DNA from: the human T2T-CHM13v2.0 reference genome, Homo sapiens
Length of the DNA stretch: 64,000 nucleotides
NCBI RefSeq assembly: GCF_009914755.1
Contig: NC_060926.1
Reading direction: 5' to 3' (one strand)
The translations under genes and the position numbers were made by a program. Each line of letters begins with the position of its first letter. The first letter of the stretch is position 1. This document shows, piece after piece, positions 15,205 through 29,220 of this stretch. Under the pieces are notes generated by a model, which was given only the letters and a program-made list of their open reading frames with translations, was not told the origin of the DNA and did no database searches.

Positions 15205-16508
15205 CACATACCTGGAGTTCAGTGTCTTATCATGATCTGATTGTATAACCCAATAATTTTCTGAGATAGCCAACTATTTTTTCCAGAGACAATGTGAGAA
15301 AGAATAGTTTCTTTTGAGAAAAGTTAAAAAAAGCACCTACCCTAATTCTGAAGACAAAGACCATAATAAATGCTTTTAATATTGTACCAAATGAACCAAC
15401 ATCTGATTCCCTAAGAGGAATAACATTAAGAGTATTCATGATTTAAAAAAGGAACAAAGGTGTTAAGAAGAATAAAATATATAAACTGTGATTACTCAGA
15501 GTTTAATTTGTACATTTTTGTGTGGTGAATTATTCAAACTCTAACTTCTGTCTCTCTCTTTTTTTAATCTTAATGTCTTCCTTTCACCACTTGTTATCAC
15601 TTCCAGAAAAAAAAAGTAGACTAAAATTGCAAAATAGAAGAAAATATAGAAATTATCAGGGGCTGAAGTTACTATAGAAGAAGATAAAAATTATTCTGGG
15701 CAGCTACCATAACTGAATAGGTAGTAATTGGTCTCATCTGGATTATACTTCAGGGCAGTGTACGTAGGAATCTTTTGGAGTTTTTTTTTTGTATAACCTA
15801 TATCTGTCTATGAAGTAGATATATCTTTATAATATCTGTGTGAGTAGAAATAAGTGAATAACAGAAAATTTGAGTAAGCCAGGTAATTCCAAGAAATGTA
15901 TGTATCCTACAAGTAGGACAATGGACAGATAACCTTTAATAGTCAATTATAGACATGAGATAGAAAGTCCCCTGGAATATGGCAAGATGACAGATTGGAC
16001 ATAATTTGTAAAAGGCAGAGATGTCCCATTCCTTGAGAGTGCATAACTCAAGATAACCCTACTAAAATGTAATGAGAGAATAATGAGGCATCATAAATAG
16101 AGGAGTGAGACAAAATATCTTGTGACAAAGATTTGATGTTCTTTATCCTAAGGGGGAAAATACAGAGGTGAGAAGGGAGTGAGAGACAGATTTTACCTTG
16201 GAATTGTATCATAAGCTAGACTTCCCATTGTCTTTCTGTCTCTTCTGAGAGACTATAAGTAAGCTCAAAAATCAAAGCCTCCAGATAGATTTTTTTAAAA
16301 GAAAAAAACGTTTGAAAAAAGAAGGAAAACAAAACAAAGCAAAATATATGAATAGTTCCAGGGCTCCCAATCCAGAGCCGCGAGGTGTTCACTAGGTTCT
16401 TACCTCCAATTTTTGTCTTCTAGCACCAAAAGACTACTGAAAATTTTACTCTGTTTTTCAGTGGCTTTCTCTTTAACTTTTTTTAAAAATGTATTATGTA
16501 TGTATATA

Positions 16509-16613
16509 TTTAGAGGAAGGATCTCGCTCTGTCACCCAGGCTGGAGCACGGTGGTGCCATCCTAGCTCACTGCAGCCTCAAACTCCTGGGCTCCAGGGAT
16601 CCTCCCACCTCAG
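16509..16613 (-). mobile_element. AluJ/FRAM fragment
   Basis: 'tctcgctctgtcacccaggctggag...cagcctcaaactcctgggctc...gatcctcccacctcag'. Confidence 0.85.
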
Positions 16614-17158
16614 TATATACAAAAATAAACAAACAAATCAGCCAGACTTCATGGCACACGCCTTGAGTCTCTAACTTTTTAGCTTTGATCCTTTGCATCT
16701 CAGAATTAGAAAATTCCTTGAGGGGAGATCCACTGCTAAATACTAAATTCATATCCCTGGGCTTTTCCTCTTTCCAGCCTCTCCAACTCTTAATTTTTAG
16801 TTTCTTTGTCAGTATTGAATTACAATTTATATGATATAAATGTTTATTGATGACCTATTATAGATCAAGTAGTGGGCCACGTACTAGGGGAAAATTGGGC
16901 ACAAAAAAACAGATGAGGTCTTGGCCCTCATACAATTTAAAATCTGCTAGAGGACTCAGACATAGTCAAGTAATTACACAAACAAAAGAAGCCGAATGAG
17001 TGGAAGGAAGTACATGGTGCCACAAACCCATGCCTTAGGTGATTTTAACTTGGTTGGGGAGGTAGGCAGAAGATTCTCTTAGGAAATAATTCTTTATCTC
17101 TGACTAAGGATGGGCAAGGGGTAAGTAAGGAAGGAGGGCTACTAAAGAACATTATAAG

Positions 17159-17489
<331 letters not shown>

Positions 17490-17799
17490 GATTACGAGAC
17501 AGGAAGCACAGAAGCATAAGCCCTGTGCGGGATGGTGAGAATAAGAAACCAAGAGAAGACGGATGTGCCTGAAAGGAGAGAGCTCTGGGAAATTTGACAC
17601 GTGATGAGGCCAGATAGGATGCTGGAGGCCAATTCACGTCGTGCCTCTTAAGCCAAACTAAGAAGCGTTATCTTCATCCTCAGAGCAACGGAAGCCATTC
17701 AAAGACTTTAAGAAGGGAAGAACATAATGAGAATGGCTTATTGGAAATTTTAGCTGGCTGTAATGTAGCTAATGGGCTGTAGCTCATTACATATTATAA

Positions 17800-17920
17800 T
17801 ACCAATGTTACTGTTGAGGAGTATAAATGTCAAAGAGATTGTCAAATGTATTTATGGCCACAGAGCTAATAAGTAATGGAGTTGGAACTCAAGCTCAGAA
17901 TTCTACTTCCTGACCTGGGG
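17800..17920 (-). mobile_element. MIR fragment
   Basis: 'ggccacagagctaataagtaatggagttggaactcaagctcag'. Confidence 0.6.
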
Positions 17921-18129
17921 CTTCTCCCTTTAATCAGAGTTGTCTGATATGAAAGAAGAAGAGCACACATAGAAAGGGCTCCCAGGTAAACACCAGCAGT
18001 TTGATTTGATTGTCAGATGACACCAAGAAAGGAGAGGCCAGTCTTGGGGTCTATATTTTCAAACTGGGAGAAAAAGAGAGAAAGACCAGATTGGTGGAGA
18101 AACTGATGTGGCATGTGAGGAATAGAATA

Positions 18130-18467
18130 CTAGGTATGTCTACCCTAAAGGAAAGAATATGTGGGCGGTGAAAACATGGCAACTGTCTTCAAATAGTGAA
18201 GAATATGAATTTATTTGACAGGGCTTCAGAGAACCAACCAAGGCCAATAGAGATAAGATACAGGGAAGTACCTTTTAGGTTTTTAGAAGAGTTATCTGAG
18301 GAGGGGTGTTGTCGAAACTGTAGCAGAGTTTTCCTATTATTGAAATTATATAAGCAGAGCTGGATAACCACTTATAATAATAGTGTAGAAAATATTCATC
18401 TTTTGGGCAGAGAAACAAACCTTCTGATGTCTGAGAGCCCTTCCAACTCCTCCATTCTGTGATTCTC
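18130..18467 (+). mobile_element. L3/CR1 3' end
   Basis: 'catggcaactgtcttcaaata' and the typical terminus 'cccttccaactcctccattctgtgattct'. Confidence 0.75.
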
Positions 18468-19065
18468 TGACACATAATTACACATAACCTTTCAAATTTC
18501 TTAAAGAGAAGATCCCAATATAAAAATACAGTAAAATGTCTATAATGCAAATAAACTTGCTCAGAGTTCAAACTATTTTTAAATTTTAAAATATTTTCAT
18601 ATAGCAATGGTTGTTATAATGCCTAAGGCATGGTAAAAAGCCAAGTTGTAGGCAGTGTAGCAAATTATAAATACCAGGTTGTATAGTAAAACGTCATTCC
18701 TTTTAAAAGCTTACTTTAGATATAATGGTTATTAATTCTTGAAAATTAGATATGCTGGAAATCGCTTTATATGTAGCATATATGGATAAAATTATTATTA
18801 GGTTTTATGTATAACTTGATTGCTGATATAAAATTGATGGTTTCTTTGTCAGCATGCAACATTATTAATGTGCTCAGCACACACATATCAATGTTCCAAT
18901 AAATACTAGAGAGCATCATCCCACTAAAACAAAAACAAAAACACCTGTAAATGTTTAAGTTTTTCAAGTGAAAGATGATACTTGCAATGTGGGAGATTAT
19001 TTTAGAATTGCTTAGTGAGGCCTGGTTTACAGGCTTGATAAGAATTATGAATATAACTTTTAATT

Positions 19066-19084
19066 CTGCCACCAGATGGCAGAA
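19066..19084 (+). promoter_or_regulatory. Candidate CTCF-binding motif
   Basis: CTGCCACCAGATGGCAGAA fits the core CCACCAGRKGGCRS in apparently unique DNA; motif only, no occupancy data. Confidence 0.5.
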
Positions 19085-19959
19085 GTAGCCATTACTTAGG
19101 TAAATGTTTACAGTTAAAGTGCTTTAATATGTTTTACATTATTAGATTAAACCAAAACAAACAATTTGGATATTTGTAATAGCGTGTAACATGTTTTGTA
19201 ATGGTAAAGATGGAAAATATTAGCTTAAATGAGATTTTGGAATTAAATTAATCATAATGTTTATGTATCCCCTGAGAATAGTATTTTTCTTTAATAAAAA
19301 AACTCTCACAAGGAATTCCCACTGATATGTTTTAATGAATGCAGTAAATATCTTAATTAATTATTTATACATTAATAATTCCTATATCTTCCTAAAGGTA
19401 GTCATTGGACTCAATATTGGGGTAAATTTAAAAGCATTATGCACATGCTGAGTACAAACCAAAGACTAAAGATATTATATAGTTATTGAGTTAAGGCATG
19501 GATGATTTTTTAAAAAGATTACAAATGTTACAAACGAAATACAATCACATGTACCTAATACAAAGTTATTTGCCTTTAATAAGTTAAAAAATAAAATTAA
19601 TTTGTCTAGTCTCTAGACAATTTTAAAACATCAATCCAAAGGGATACATGTGTTTCTTTACTAAACAGTAAATGCCATGGCTAATTAATGCGTGTTTTCA
19701 AAGATCACGGATACATTAGCTGTTTTCCATATCAATTCACATTTTTGTTGTGTTGTTTTGTTCAGTCCTTTAAAAAAATCTACTTCCTTACATCCCACTG
19801 ACTCTTTAACCTTCTACATCTGGCTTATCCTAACTATGACAAAGAAAATAGTTTTATCCAGTAAATTTGACTCTTCTTTACCAACTAACACACTATTTTG
19901 GTCCTAAACTCTCAGTATTATGTGACAAAGATTACTGTGTTTTTCTTCTTAAAACAGGA

Positions 19960-20245
19960 TCTTTCCTTGACTCATTTGCTTCCATACTCCTTCATGTTTT
20001 TCTTTGCACTGCTTTTTAGTCTATTTGGAGGGGGAGATTCTTGTCCTCGACTCCACCTGCAGATGTCAGAAATCATAGGACCACTTGTTTTCTTTTTTTT
20101 TTCCCCTCAACATTTCCCTACATAGTGCCATTCATTCTGTCACCTCCCAATGTTATCTCTATGATGAAGCTTCCCAAGTGCCTATCCCAGCCCACTTCTC
20201 TCTACTGACCTCTAGACTTGTACATCCAATTGCCTCCTTGAACAA
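19960..20245 (+). mobile_element. L2 fragment (RT region)
   Basis: 'ctctatgatgaagcttcccaagtgcctatcccagcccacttctct...ctctagacttgtacatccaattgcctccttgaaca'. Confidence 0.7.
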
Positions 20246-20899
20246 AGTCTCTTTTATTCTAGTACATTCCCTTTCTTCATGAGACTGACTTGATGAATGG
20301 GCTAGGCACAATGTTTTACCTTCCAGCAAAAGTGTCGAAAATGTGCTAAAGTAAAAACCACACAACCTATTTTCTTGTCAAGTGGGAAAAAGTAATTGTA
20401 CAGGAGAATGGCCACACTATCATCAGTTTCATCCAGAAGCAAGATATTTATAAAGGGCTTTGAAAACTTCTGCTTAGGGCAGTAATAACTATATAGTTAA
20501 GGTGTGCCTTAATTTACAGAGTAGACATATTAGGACTAAAGATAAGCTTGAGCTAAATTGTGTTAATTCATAATGCATTAATTCATAAAGTTCTTTGCAG
20601 TGAAGATTCTTGGTTTACACTGGTTGTTTTATACTGAAAGACCTGTCAACTTAAATATGACTGTGATGTATATTTTCTATTTATTGTTTCACCTAGCTAG
20701 TGACCTATGATAGGCCTTGGTGCCAAATATTCTGCCCAAATGAAAACAAGATGCAATACAGACTCACTTTAAATTAGAATCAAGAAACACGGAAAGAATG
20801 AGACACTGGACAATGAGATCTACCCATGTAAAGTTATGGATTAAATTACTGAAGAGGCCATGAGTAAAGCCACGTATGAATGAGGCTGTTCTATAAGGA

Positions 20900-21560
20900 A
20901 GAATAGTGTTTGTTAAAATGAGTACCTGCTATGTGCTGAGTATTGTTCTGAGCACTTGTTTGCAGGTAAACAAGAACATTTACCAAGTAAGGTGCATGTT
21001 AACAAGTAAACACATTCAAAATTTTGTGGAAGAACATTTTAGGCAGCATAAACAACAAATGCAAAGATCCTAAGGCAGAAACTAAAAAACGAAAGAACAG
21101 CCACTCGTTTACAAGCAAACGAGAACATTTACTGGAAAACACACCTTAAAGAGGAAAGAATGGTATAGCTATAGTTTAGTGAGTGAGAGGTTATCAGAGA
21201 CCGGGGGTATAGGAGGATGAGCTCAATTTCTAAGTCAAAACCAGTAAAGATTTTTAAGAAGAAGTTCATGTGATGTGATATGTGACTACTTTGGCTGTTG
21301 TATGGACCATGGGTTGCAAGCCTAAGGCTAGGAGGATATCTCAGTGGGAAACAAAAGAAAGCAATATGTATTTTTTGCCTCAAATATGGCAAATAGGAAA
21401 GATTATGAGTAGGTCAAGTAGATGACAGGATCCATGTAGTACTGTTTTGCTTTTGTTTATATTTTTTAGAACTGAGGTATCTTTCATGTATATGTAGGCT
21501 AAAATAAAGGAGAATTAGATAAGGAGAGTTAAAGAAGCAGAGATAGAAGAGTAAAGATAC
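20900..21560 (-). mobile_element. L2 fragments
   Basis: 'gagtacctgctatgtgctgagtattgttctgagcac', 'aacattttaggcag...aaatgcaaagatcctaaggcag'. Confidence 0.6.
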
Positions 21561-22299
21561 AGAAAAGTGTCTAATGATCTAAGATCCTTGTTGAGGTGTC
21601 TACAATTAAATTTAAGAAGTGCTGGCTCTTGTCAGGCCCCATGTTCTATTGGAGTTGTCTCAAGTTGGGCTAGAAATTGGAAAAAAAATGCACATCATAG
21701 ATTAATGGTAGAGTTTTATTGAAAAAAGGAGAATCTGGCATGACTGGGATCAGCAAGACAAAGATGTAAAAGGGCCTCTTGACTCATTATCATTCTACAG
21801 TGCAGCATGCCAGGAGCAGGGCATCTGCTGGACATGCATGTTTTCATTTTGGTGAAAGAATACCTCACCTCTGTGTGTCTCCCCATTAACAGAGCAAGCA
21901 TGAGAAGTGGCCTTGACAGTAAGGGAATACATTGGATTTATGTCATTGGGAAATCTGGATTTTGTGTGCTTGCCAATTATTAGGAATTCTCTGGGGAAGC
22001 TAGATATTCTCTATCTAAGGAAATAGGAATCTGAAAGGTCTGAGAGATTCTCTGATTCACCCTGGCTAAGAGAAGAAGTCTTTGGTTCTGTGGAAAGGTG
22101 GACTTGGGTATGTACTGTAAGTTGGAAAAAGGAAAAACTCACCCAGGTCCTAGCAAGCTCATTGTCCATGCAACCCACAGGAAACATCTAAGGTCATTTT
22201 TAGATATTTCTGCTAATAACACAGTAGCTCTAAATGAAAAAAGAGGTACTACATCCAATACTAGAGAAAATAATTATATAACAATTAAGGTATTTGTGG

Positions 22300-23450
22300 T
22301 GAGAAGGTGACAGGAGAGGAGGAATGTAAATAACTGATGTTCTCAATTTTCCCAATGAAAACAAGCAGCAAGGTTACTTGCTGAGAATGGGAGAGGTTGT
22401 GTGGGAATATTGTGGAAGTTTAAAATTACAATTAAAAAGAGAAGCTAAGAAAAAGTGAAAAGATTGATGAACAATTCCAAGGGCCCACATGATGCACTTT
22501 TATTTAGGGGGAGACATGGTTTATCAATGTTAATGGTATTGACATGCATGTGTTTATATGTAGATGTGCATGTTTTCCTTTAACAACATTAACTCTGTTT
22601 CTAGAAATCAGGTGGGAGGCTATATAATTGATTTATATTTGGAATTTTTCTAGTTGTATGTGGTAGAAGGATGGGATTCATGGTATTCATAATTGAGGAA
22701 GCTGGTGAGAGGTTAGTTTAGATGATAAACCATACACCATGGCACCCACGCATCGTACGAAAAGGATAGAAGCCCTAAGGGGGCTGACAGGTCAAGAGGA
22801 AAGTATTCATCAAAAAGATAATATTCTCTCTGTTTAAGAAGTTCCATGGATCAGAAGAGTAAGAGAGAAGGATAGTTAGAGGCTTTTGTCAGACTATGGA
22901 ATGCTGGTATTTACATTGTTTTAAATAGAGCCATTTAAGGTGATAAATAGAATATAACATTATTATTTTGTTGCCAAAGTAGACTGAGAATAGCATGGAC
23001 ATTAAGAAGGTCCAGGATTTTCTGGTTTAAGAGTATTGGATAATTCATTTACATGAATCCTGAAGCCTTCTAAAATTATAGTGGGAGTTCTGATGGAAAG
23101 AAAGAGTATGAGGTCTCCCAAATTTTGGCAAGTTTAAGTAATTTATTGAAAATTCAAATGATTGTAGTGGCAAGGAAGTAGACTCATATGACATTATGGC
23201 ATGACTCTTCAGAGAAGATAAGACATTATAAGAGATGACAGTTATCCAAGAGAATGCAGTCACCCCTCTTCCACCATATCCAAGTGGTACAAATGTGAGG
23301 ACAGGTGTCACCTCCTTAAAGAAAGAAAAATCTGCTCAGCTAATACATAAGATAATTTGAAGATATAGAGGACAATTCAGAAGAGTTTGAGGGAAGGAAG
23401 TCAATACAGCAGGAGGAACAAGCAGCAAAGTGTATCAAAAGAATGAGAGC
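22300..23450 (-). mobile_element. Old L2 internal fragments
   Basis: Purine-rich diverged L2-like text ('ctcaattttcccaatgaaaac...gcaaggttacttgctgagaatggg'). Confidence 0.4.
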
Positions 23451-26400
23451 TCTGGGGAAAGACTGGTCTTTAGTTTCGTGGTGCGGAAGTACTAGGGTGG
23501 GGAGCAGAACTAACTACCTAGCTCAAATATTTTGATATTGGTCTAAGTTATTTGGTTGCAGAACTGGCTGAGGGTCTCAGGTAATATCTGGCTGTGTTAA
23601 AATGTGTAATAGATAATATTTCAAAGTTGTGGCAATTGTCTGTTTTGCAGAAAGACCATTCCGATTTGGAACAGTGAATAGGCTCCTGGTGAAGCCAGGA
23701 CTACTGTGAGGATTGTGGTGTAGCTGTTTGATCCTTCTTCTGGGTTGTGTGGAATGTGGAAAACAAGGGTGTAGTAGTGATGAAGGGAGGGTCTCCTGGA
23801 AAATTTGTTTTCATATTGACTTTTATTAAATTTTAAAAGGAAGCAATAGTTAATATATACACTTTTACAAATAATTAAAATATACATTAATATTCAGTTT
23901 TTACACTTCTGCTTATTTTTAAACAAAGATTTCTCTCTTTGTTTAACAGTAAGAACATTAAGGTTGGTGTCTAATGTAGCTCTTGGAAATACAAAATCTC
24001 TTTCATTTATTAATGACTATAATTAAGGTACACATTTGCTAAGACCAATAATTAGGTTCCATAATGAACATACTACAGTAATCGTTAGCTGTGACATAAA
24101 ACATGACAAGATGAGGGTTTGCTTCCCTTTCTCTTTCCCTCCAGTTTATATTCTCTCTAATAAAACTCTTAAATCTTCTGTGTCTGTGTATGTGTGTGTT
24201 TTGCACCTAATATGGAAGACTGGTGTGCTGGCAGGACGGTGAGGAGAGCCAATGGTCTCATTTAATGAAATTGGAAGCTTCTCTCTTCTTTTGTTTTTCT
24301 TCTCTATTCCTCACCATGTTTCTTCTATACCCCTGTACATTTCACTGCCAACCGACAAGGCAATGAGATGAAAAATACAACAGAGACTAGCCAGAAAGAG
24401 AATAAGGAGCATTGTCCCAACCGTCTGCTGAGAAAGAAATGCATTCTTCCCAGCTACGGCATTCAGTCAGGTTAGTGTTGGTATAATTTATATATTTTCT
24501 TTATGATCCTAACATAAAATCAGCACTATGGATAAGATTGCTGAGACAGATAGCTTTAATATGGTAAGAAAAGGAAAGGCAAGCAGTGAGGGGTCAATCC
24601 TGGAAACTGCACCAAGGTGGCTGGATGACACGGGTACACTCAGCTGCAGGCGACCTGAGGGAGTTCAGGCAAGCAGAGAACACAGAAAGAGATAATACAT
24701 AATCACAGTTTCAGGGGTAGGAAATCTTCAACAAGAGCTAAAATGGGCCTAGCAACAGGAGTTAGAAGCATGGTAAAGAGGAGGTGGAGAACAGAGATGG
24801 TGAGATTCAGGCTGCCAGGAAGACAGTTTTCAGTTGTTACAGGAACCTGATAAGTGAACTCTGGTCTTACAGAAAACTGTTAGGACAAAGTAGAATCACA
24901 GAATGAGAGGAACTTAGGTGCTTGAAATCATGTCAAGGCAAAGTACCAGAGAAAAAGAGAAGGACCAGGATACTGGAATAAGTATGGAATAACTTAAGAA
25001 GAACTGGGACTCAGGAGTAGAGCAAAGTTTTAAGGGCCTATATTATACTGAATTGCTTTTGCAAATGAAACCAGAGTGTGGCAGAGGAAGCTATTTGTCT
25101 CTGACCTGATGCAGGTCTAAGTTAGCAGTTGGAGGCTAAGAGACTCAGCTTTAGGTTAATCGGCAAAGATAAGGACAGGAAATCTAATAGGTTATTACAA
25201 CCAAAATATCTTTTTAAAAAGTGATTAGAATTGAGTTTGAAATAAAGGTGATTGGATGATTACCTGGTAGCAGATGTATGTTTATTTGTGGGAGGAGGGT
25301 GCAGGGCAGTGCATTAGTTCATGAGAGAAGAGACTGCAACTTACAGTGTTTTGGTTCCAGAACATGCTAGGATTTTTTTTCTCTCCTGGTATCTGGAACA
25401 TTTGGTATCCAAATAATTTTAATTCTGTTTAACTTAATAGCTAACTTTGGGTTTATTCATTCATACAACAAATATTTAGCATTTTTTGTTTTATTACATG
25501 TAACTAGGCAAGTCCTATCATCTCTAGGAAACTGGGACGAGTACTTAAAACTAAACATGTTTTGTTTCTTTGCTTTGATGCATTGTTTCATATGTTATCT
25601 TTTTTTTTTTGAGTTTCAGATAACCTGAAAGAAGGTTATGAGGTTTGTATGTGAAAAAATAAAGAATAGGATTTTTAAAAGATTAAGAAACAGCCTTCAA
25701 TTCATAGTCTAAATTTGGGTAAGAAAAGAAATGAAAGTTATAAAATTGACTTCATTCCATGACTTAAAATTTCCTTTGAGAAGTTCTGCTTCACTTAAAA
25801 AATGAGAAGCCTTATAAGAATGTCACTCTAACCCCTAATGAAGAGAGCAAAGAAGAACAGTGACACGATAACTTTTTCTGAACCCCTCAGAGAACTGAAG
25901 TCACAAAAAAATAGATGAACTGAATTCCAAAGGGGCCATAAACACCTTCAAAGAGAGGCAGGGCACACCTTTAGCAGAGCAATGGAGAAAGAGATGGAAA
26001 CCATTAAAATGGGTAAGAAGCAAAGAATAAACATTTTAATGAAATCTCAAAGGTCAAATGTAGGCTAGTGTAGCAGAATAGAATCCCTAGGAGTACTGGA
26101 CATAAGGCACAAAAGCACCTCCACCCTCCACACCAGATAATTTCCACAGATTTCCACCATGTGCTCAAAAGAAAAGATGGAGGGCAGGCGGGAGACCACA
26201 GAGGACAGGCAAGATACTCCACATGCTTGTCACACCCACCTCTCATTGAAGCAAAAGCTATCTTCTGCTAGAGGAGGACAGGAAGCACTCCTGTGCCCTG
26301 GTCCAGGGGAAAGGTCTGCTGCTATTGGGGGACAGGTAGAAGCAAAAATTGTCTGCCAATGAAAGAGGAGCAAGAAACATGCCCAGTTCAGATTCCTGTG

Positions 26401-26729
26401 CTGATACAGAAGCAGAGGCGGTCTGCTGCTACTGGAGAAGGAACTTAAAGGGAAAAATTCCTTTGAGTTCAAATTCTCCAGTTTTGGAAATTTTATGCAA
26501 ATGGACTCCCATGAGATAAAACAAACAAAAAACACAAACTCTCTCCCCACCATGGCAAGAAGCACCCACAACACACACACATCAAAAAATACAAAACAGA
26601 GTTTAGCTGACATGAAGAGGCAGGAAAGAAATTCTGAGAAGCCCATACTCTGAGGTTCAGATGCACAGGCCTGTCTAGGATCGGGGCTTTGAAAAGCAGC
26701 AGTCACAAGCCTGAGACACAGAGGGAGAA

Positions 26730-27196
26730 AGTGGGTAGGAGGAGACGGAGGTAGGGAGAGAGAGAGATCGGTAGGGTGAGAGAGAGACTGAAAGAGAGAT
26801 GAATTGATTGATTTTAAGAAATTTACTGACATTTTTATGGGAACAGTCCTAAATTTGCAGATCAGGCTGACGGGGTAGAAATTCAGGGAAAAGTTCATGT
26901 TACAGTCTTCAGTACAAAATCTGCAGGCTGGAAACACAGGCATGGTTTCTAATTCTGCAGTGTTGAGGAAGAATTGCTGCTGCTTTGGGAAACCTCAGTC
27001 TTTACTCTTAAGACATTCAGCTGGTTGGCTGAGGCCCACCTAATTATGGAGGGTGATCTGCTTTACTCAATGTCTACCAATTTAAATGTTAATTACATCT
27101 AAAAATATACCTTTATAACAACATCTAGATCTGTATTTCACCAAACAATTGGGCACTATAGTCTAGACAAGTTAACATGTAAAATTAACCATCACA
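26730..27196 (-). mobile_element. MLT2 (ERVL) LTR
   Basis: Ends 'aaaattaaccatcaca' (antisense of TGTGATGGTTAATTTT); GA-rich tract; 'gaggcccacc...gagggtgatctgctttactca'. Confidence 0.88.
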
Positions 27197-27243
27197 ATGG
27201 TCAGTATCAGAAAGGATACTTCAGAAAAATTATTAAGAATAAT

Positions 27244-27631
<388 letters not shown>

Positions 27632-28719
27632 CTAAATACATGAAGCAAAAACCAATAGAACTGAAAGGAGAAATCCATAAATATACAATTATAGTAGGAG
27701 ACTTTAACAATTCTCACCCAATAATCAGCAGAATATATAAACAGACGATTCAAAAAATATAAAAAACCTGAATAGAACTATCAACCAACTTAACCTAATT
27801 AGCATTTATAGTACACTCCAACCTACAATAACAGAATAAATAATCAAGATATTCTGGGCAATCAAGTTTCAATAAATTTAAAAAGATTGAAACAACTGAA
27901 ACATGCATGAATATGTTTGCATCCTGAGAGCATTTTATTAAGTTAAAGAAGACAGCAACAAATGGCTACATACTATATGATTTCATTAATATGACATTCT
28001 AGAAAAGGAAAATCTACTGGGACAGAAAGGTTGCCAGGAGCCAGATTTGCAGGGAAGGTAATTGACTGAAAAGAACACAAGGGAATTTGGGGAATGATGG
28101 AAATGTCCTATACTATGATTCTAGGGTAGTTACAGGACTGTGTGAATTTGTCCAAACTTACTAAGCTATACATTTATAAAGTATGAATTTTGTTCAGGTA
28201 AATTACATCTCAATAAATGTGATTTCTTAAGATAAATTCCTTTGAGTTCAAATTCTCCAATTGTGGAAATTTTATACAATTAGACTCCCATGAGATTTTT
28301 TAATAAAACAAAACCACAATAGTGGGTTATCAAATACCCAGGTGGTACTCAGGGCCAAAGGGTATCCCTTTGGGCCCCTTTGTATGAAAGCCTTGTCCTT
28401 CCTTTAACTACCATAATGGCACATGTTCACTAACTAGATCAATTTTTATCTCAAAGTAACCACAAATGAAATGTTTTTTAAAATATTAGATATGTTCATT
28501 AATTTTTACTTATTATACGTATAACAATTATTTATAATTTGGTTCTCATTACCTAGAGCACATTTGTAACTTTTTTCAATAGTAGAAATAAATTTACATG
28601 ATATTGACTCATAATTGAGGGCTATACCTTATTTTCATCAAAAATATACTTAGTTGGACTGTAGGCTAATTGGAACAAAGAATTAGGCAGCTCACATACT
28701 CATTAAATATTCTATTGAA

Positions 28720-29220
28720 GATTAATATGCAGAAATACACACAAAATATTCAAGCTAGATAGATTTTCATGAAGTAAACCTAGATCAAGAAACAAAACAT
28801 TGTCATCTCCTGGAATCCTTATTTTGCCTCCTTGCAGTAGCTACCAACTCCCCATATCAAAGGTTCCTGCTGTTTTTGAAACTTTCATAAATGGAATCAT
28901 ACAGTATATACTTTTTTGTATGTGATTTTTAAAATAGTATTTTGTGTGAGTTACATCCATATCATTACATGCCGTTGTAGTTTGGTCACTGTCTTGGCTG
29001 TATAAGAATGCTTTTATATGAATGACTACAATCATTTTCCCATTCTGTTGATGACCCTATTGATTTTGTTTTCAGTTTGCACTAGTTCACAGCTTATAGC
29101 TATGAACATTCTTGAATATTTCTTTTGGTTAAAATGCATAGGCATTTCTGATGGGCGTGCTTCTAAGAATGTAATAGCTAGATCGTAGGACATGCACATA
29201 TATTTAGCTTTACTCTGTAA
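28720..29220 (-). mobile_element. L1ME-like 3' fragment
   Basis: 'tttttgaaactttcataaatggaatcatacagtatatacttttttg...gctatgaacattcttg'. Confidence 0.7.

Noticed and set aside
26230-26943. Longest ORF (237 aa, minus strand)
   Set aside because: Runs antisense through an MLT2 LTR, a GA tract and an L1 5'UTR. Composition is low-complexity and I recognise no domain.
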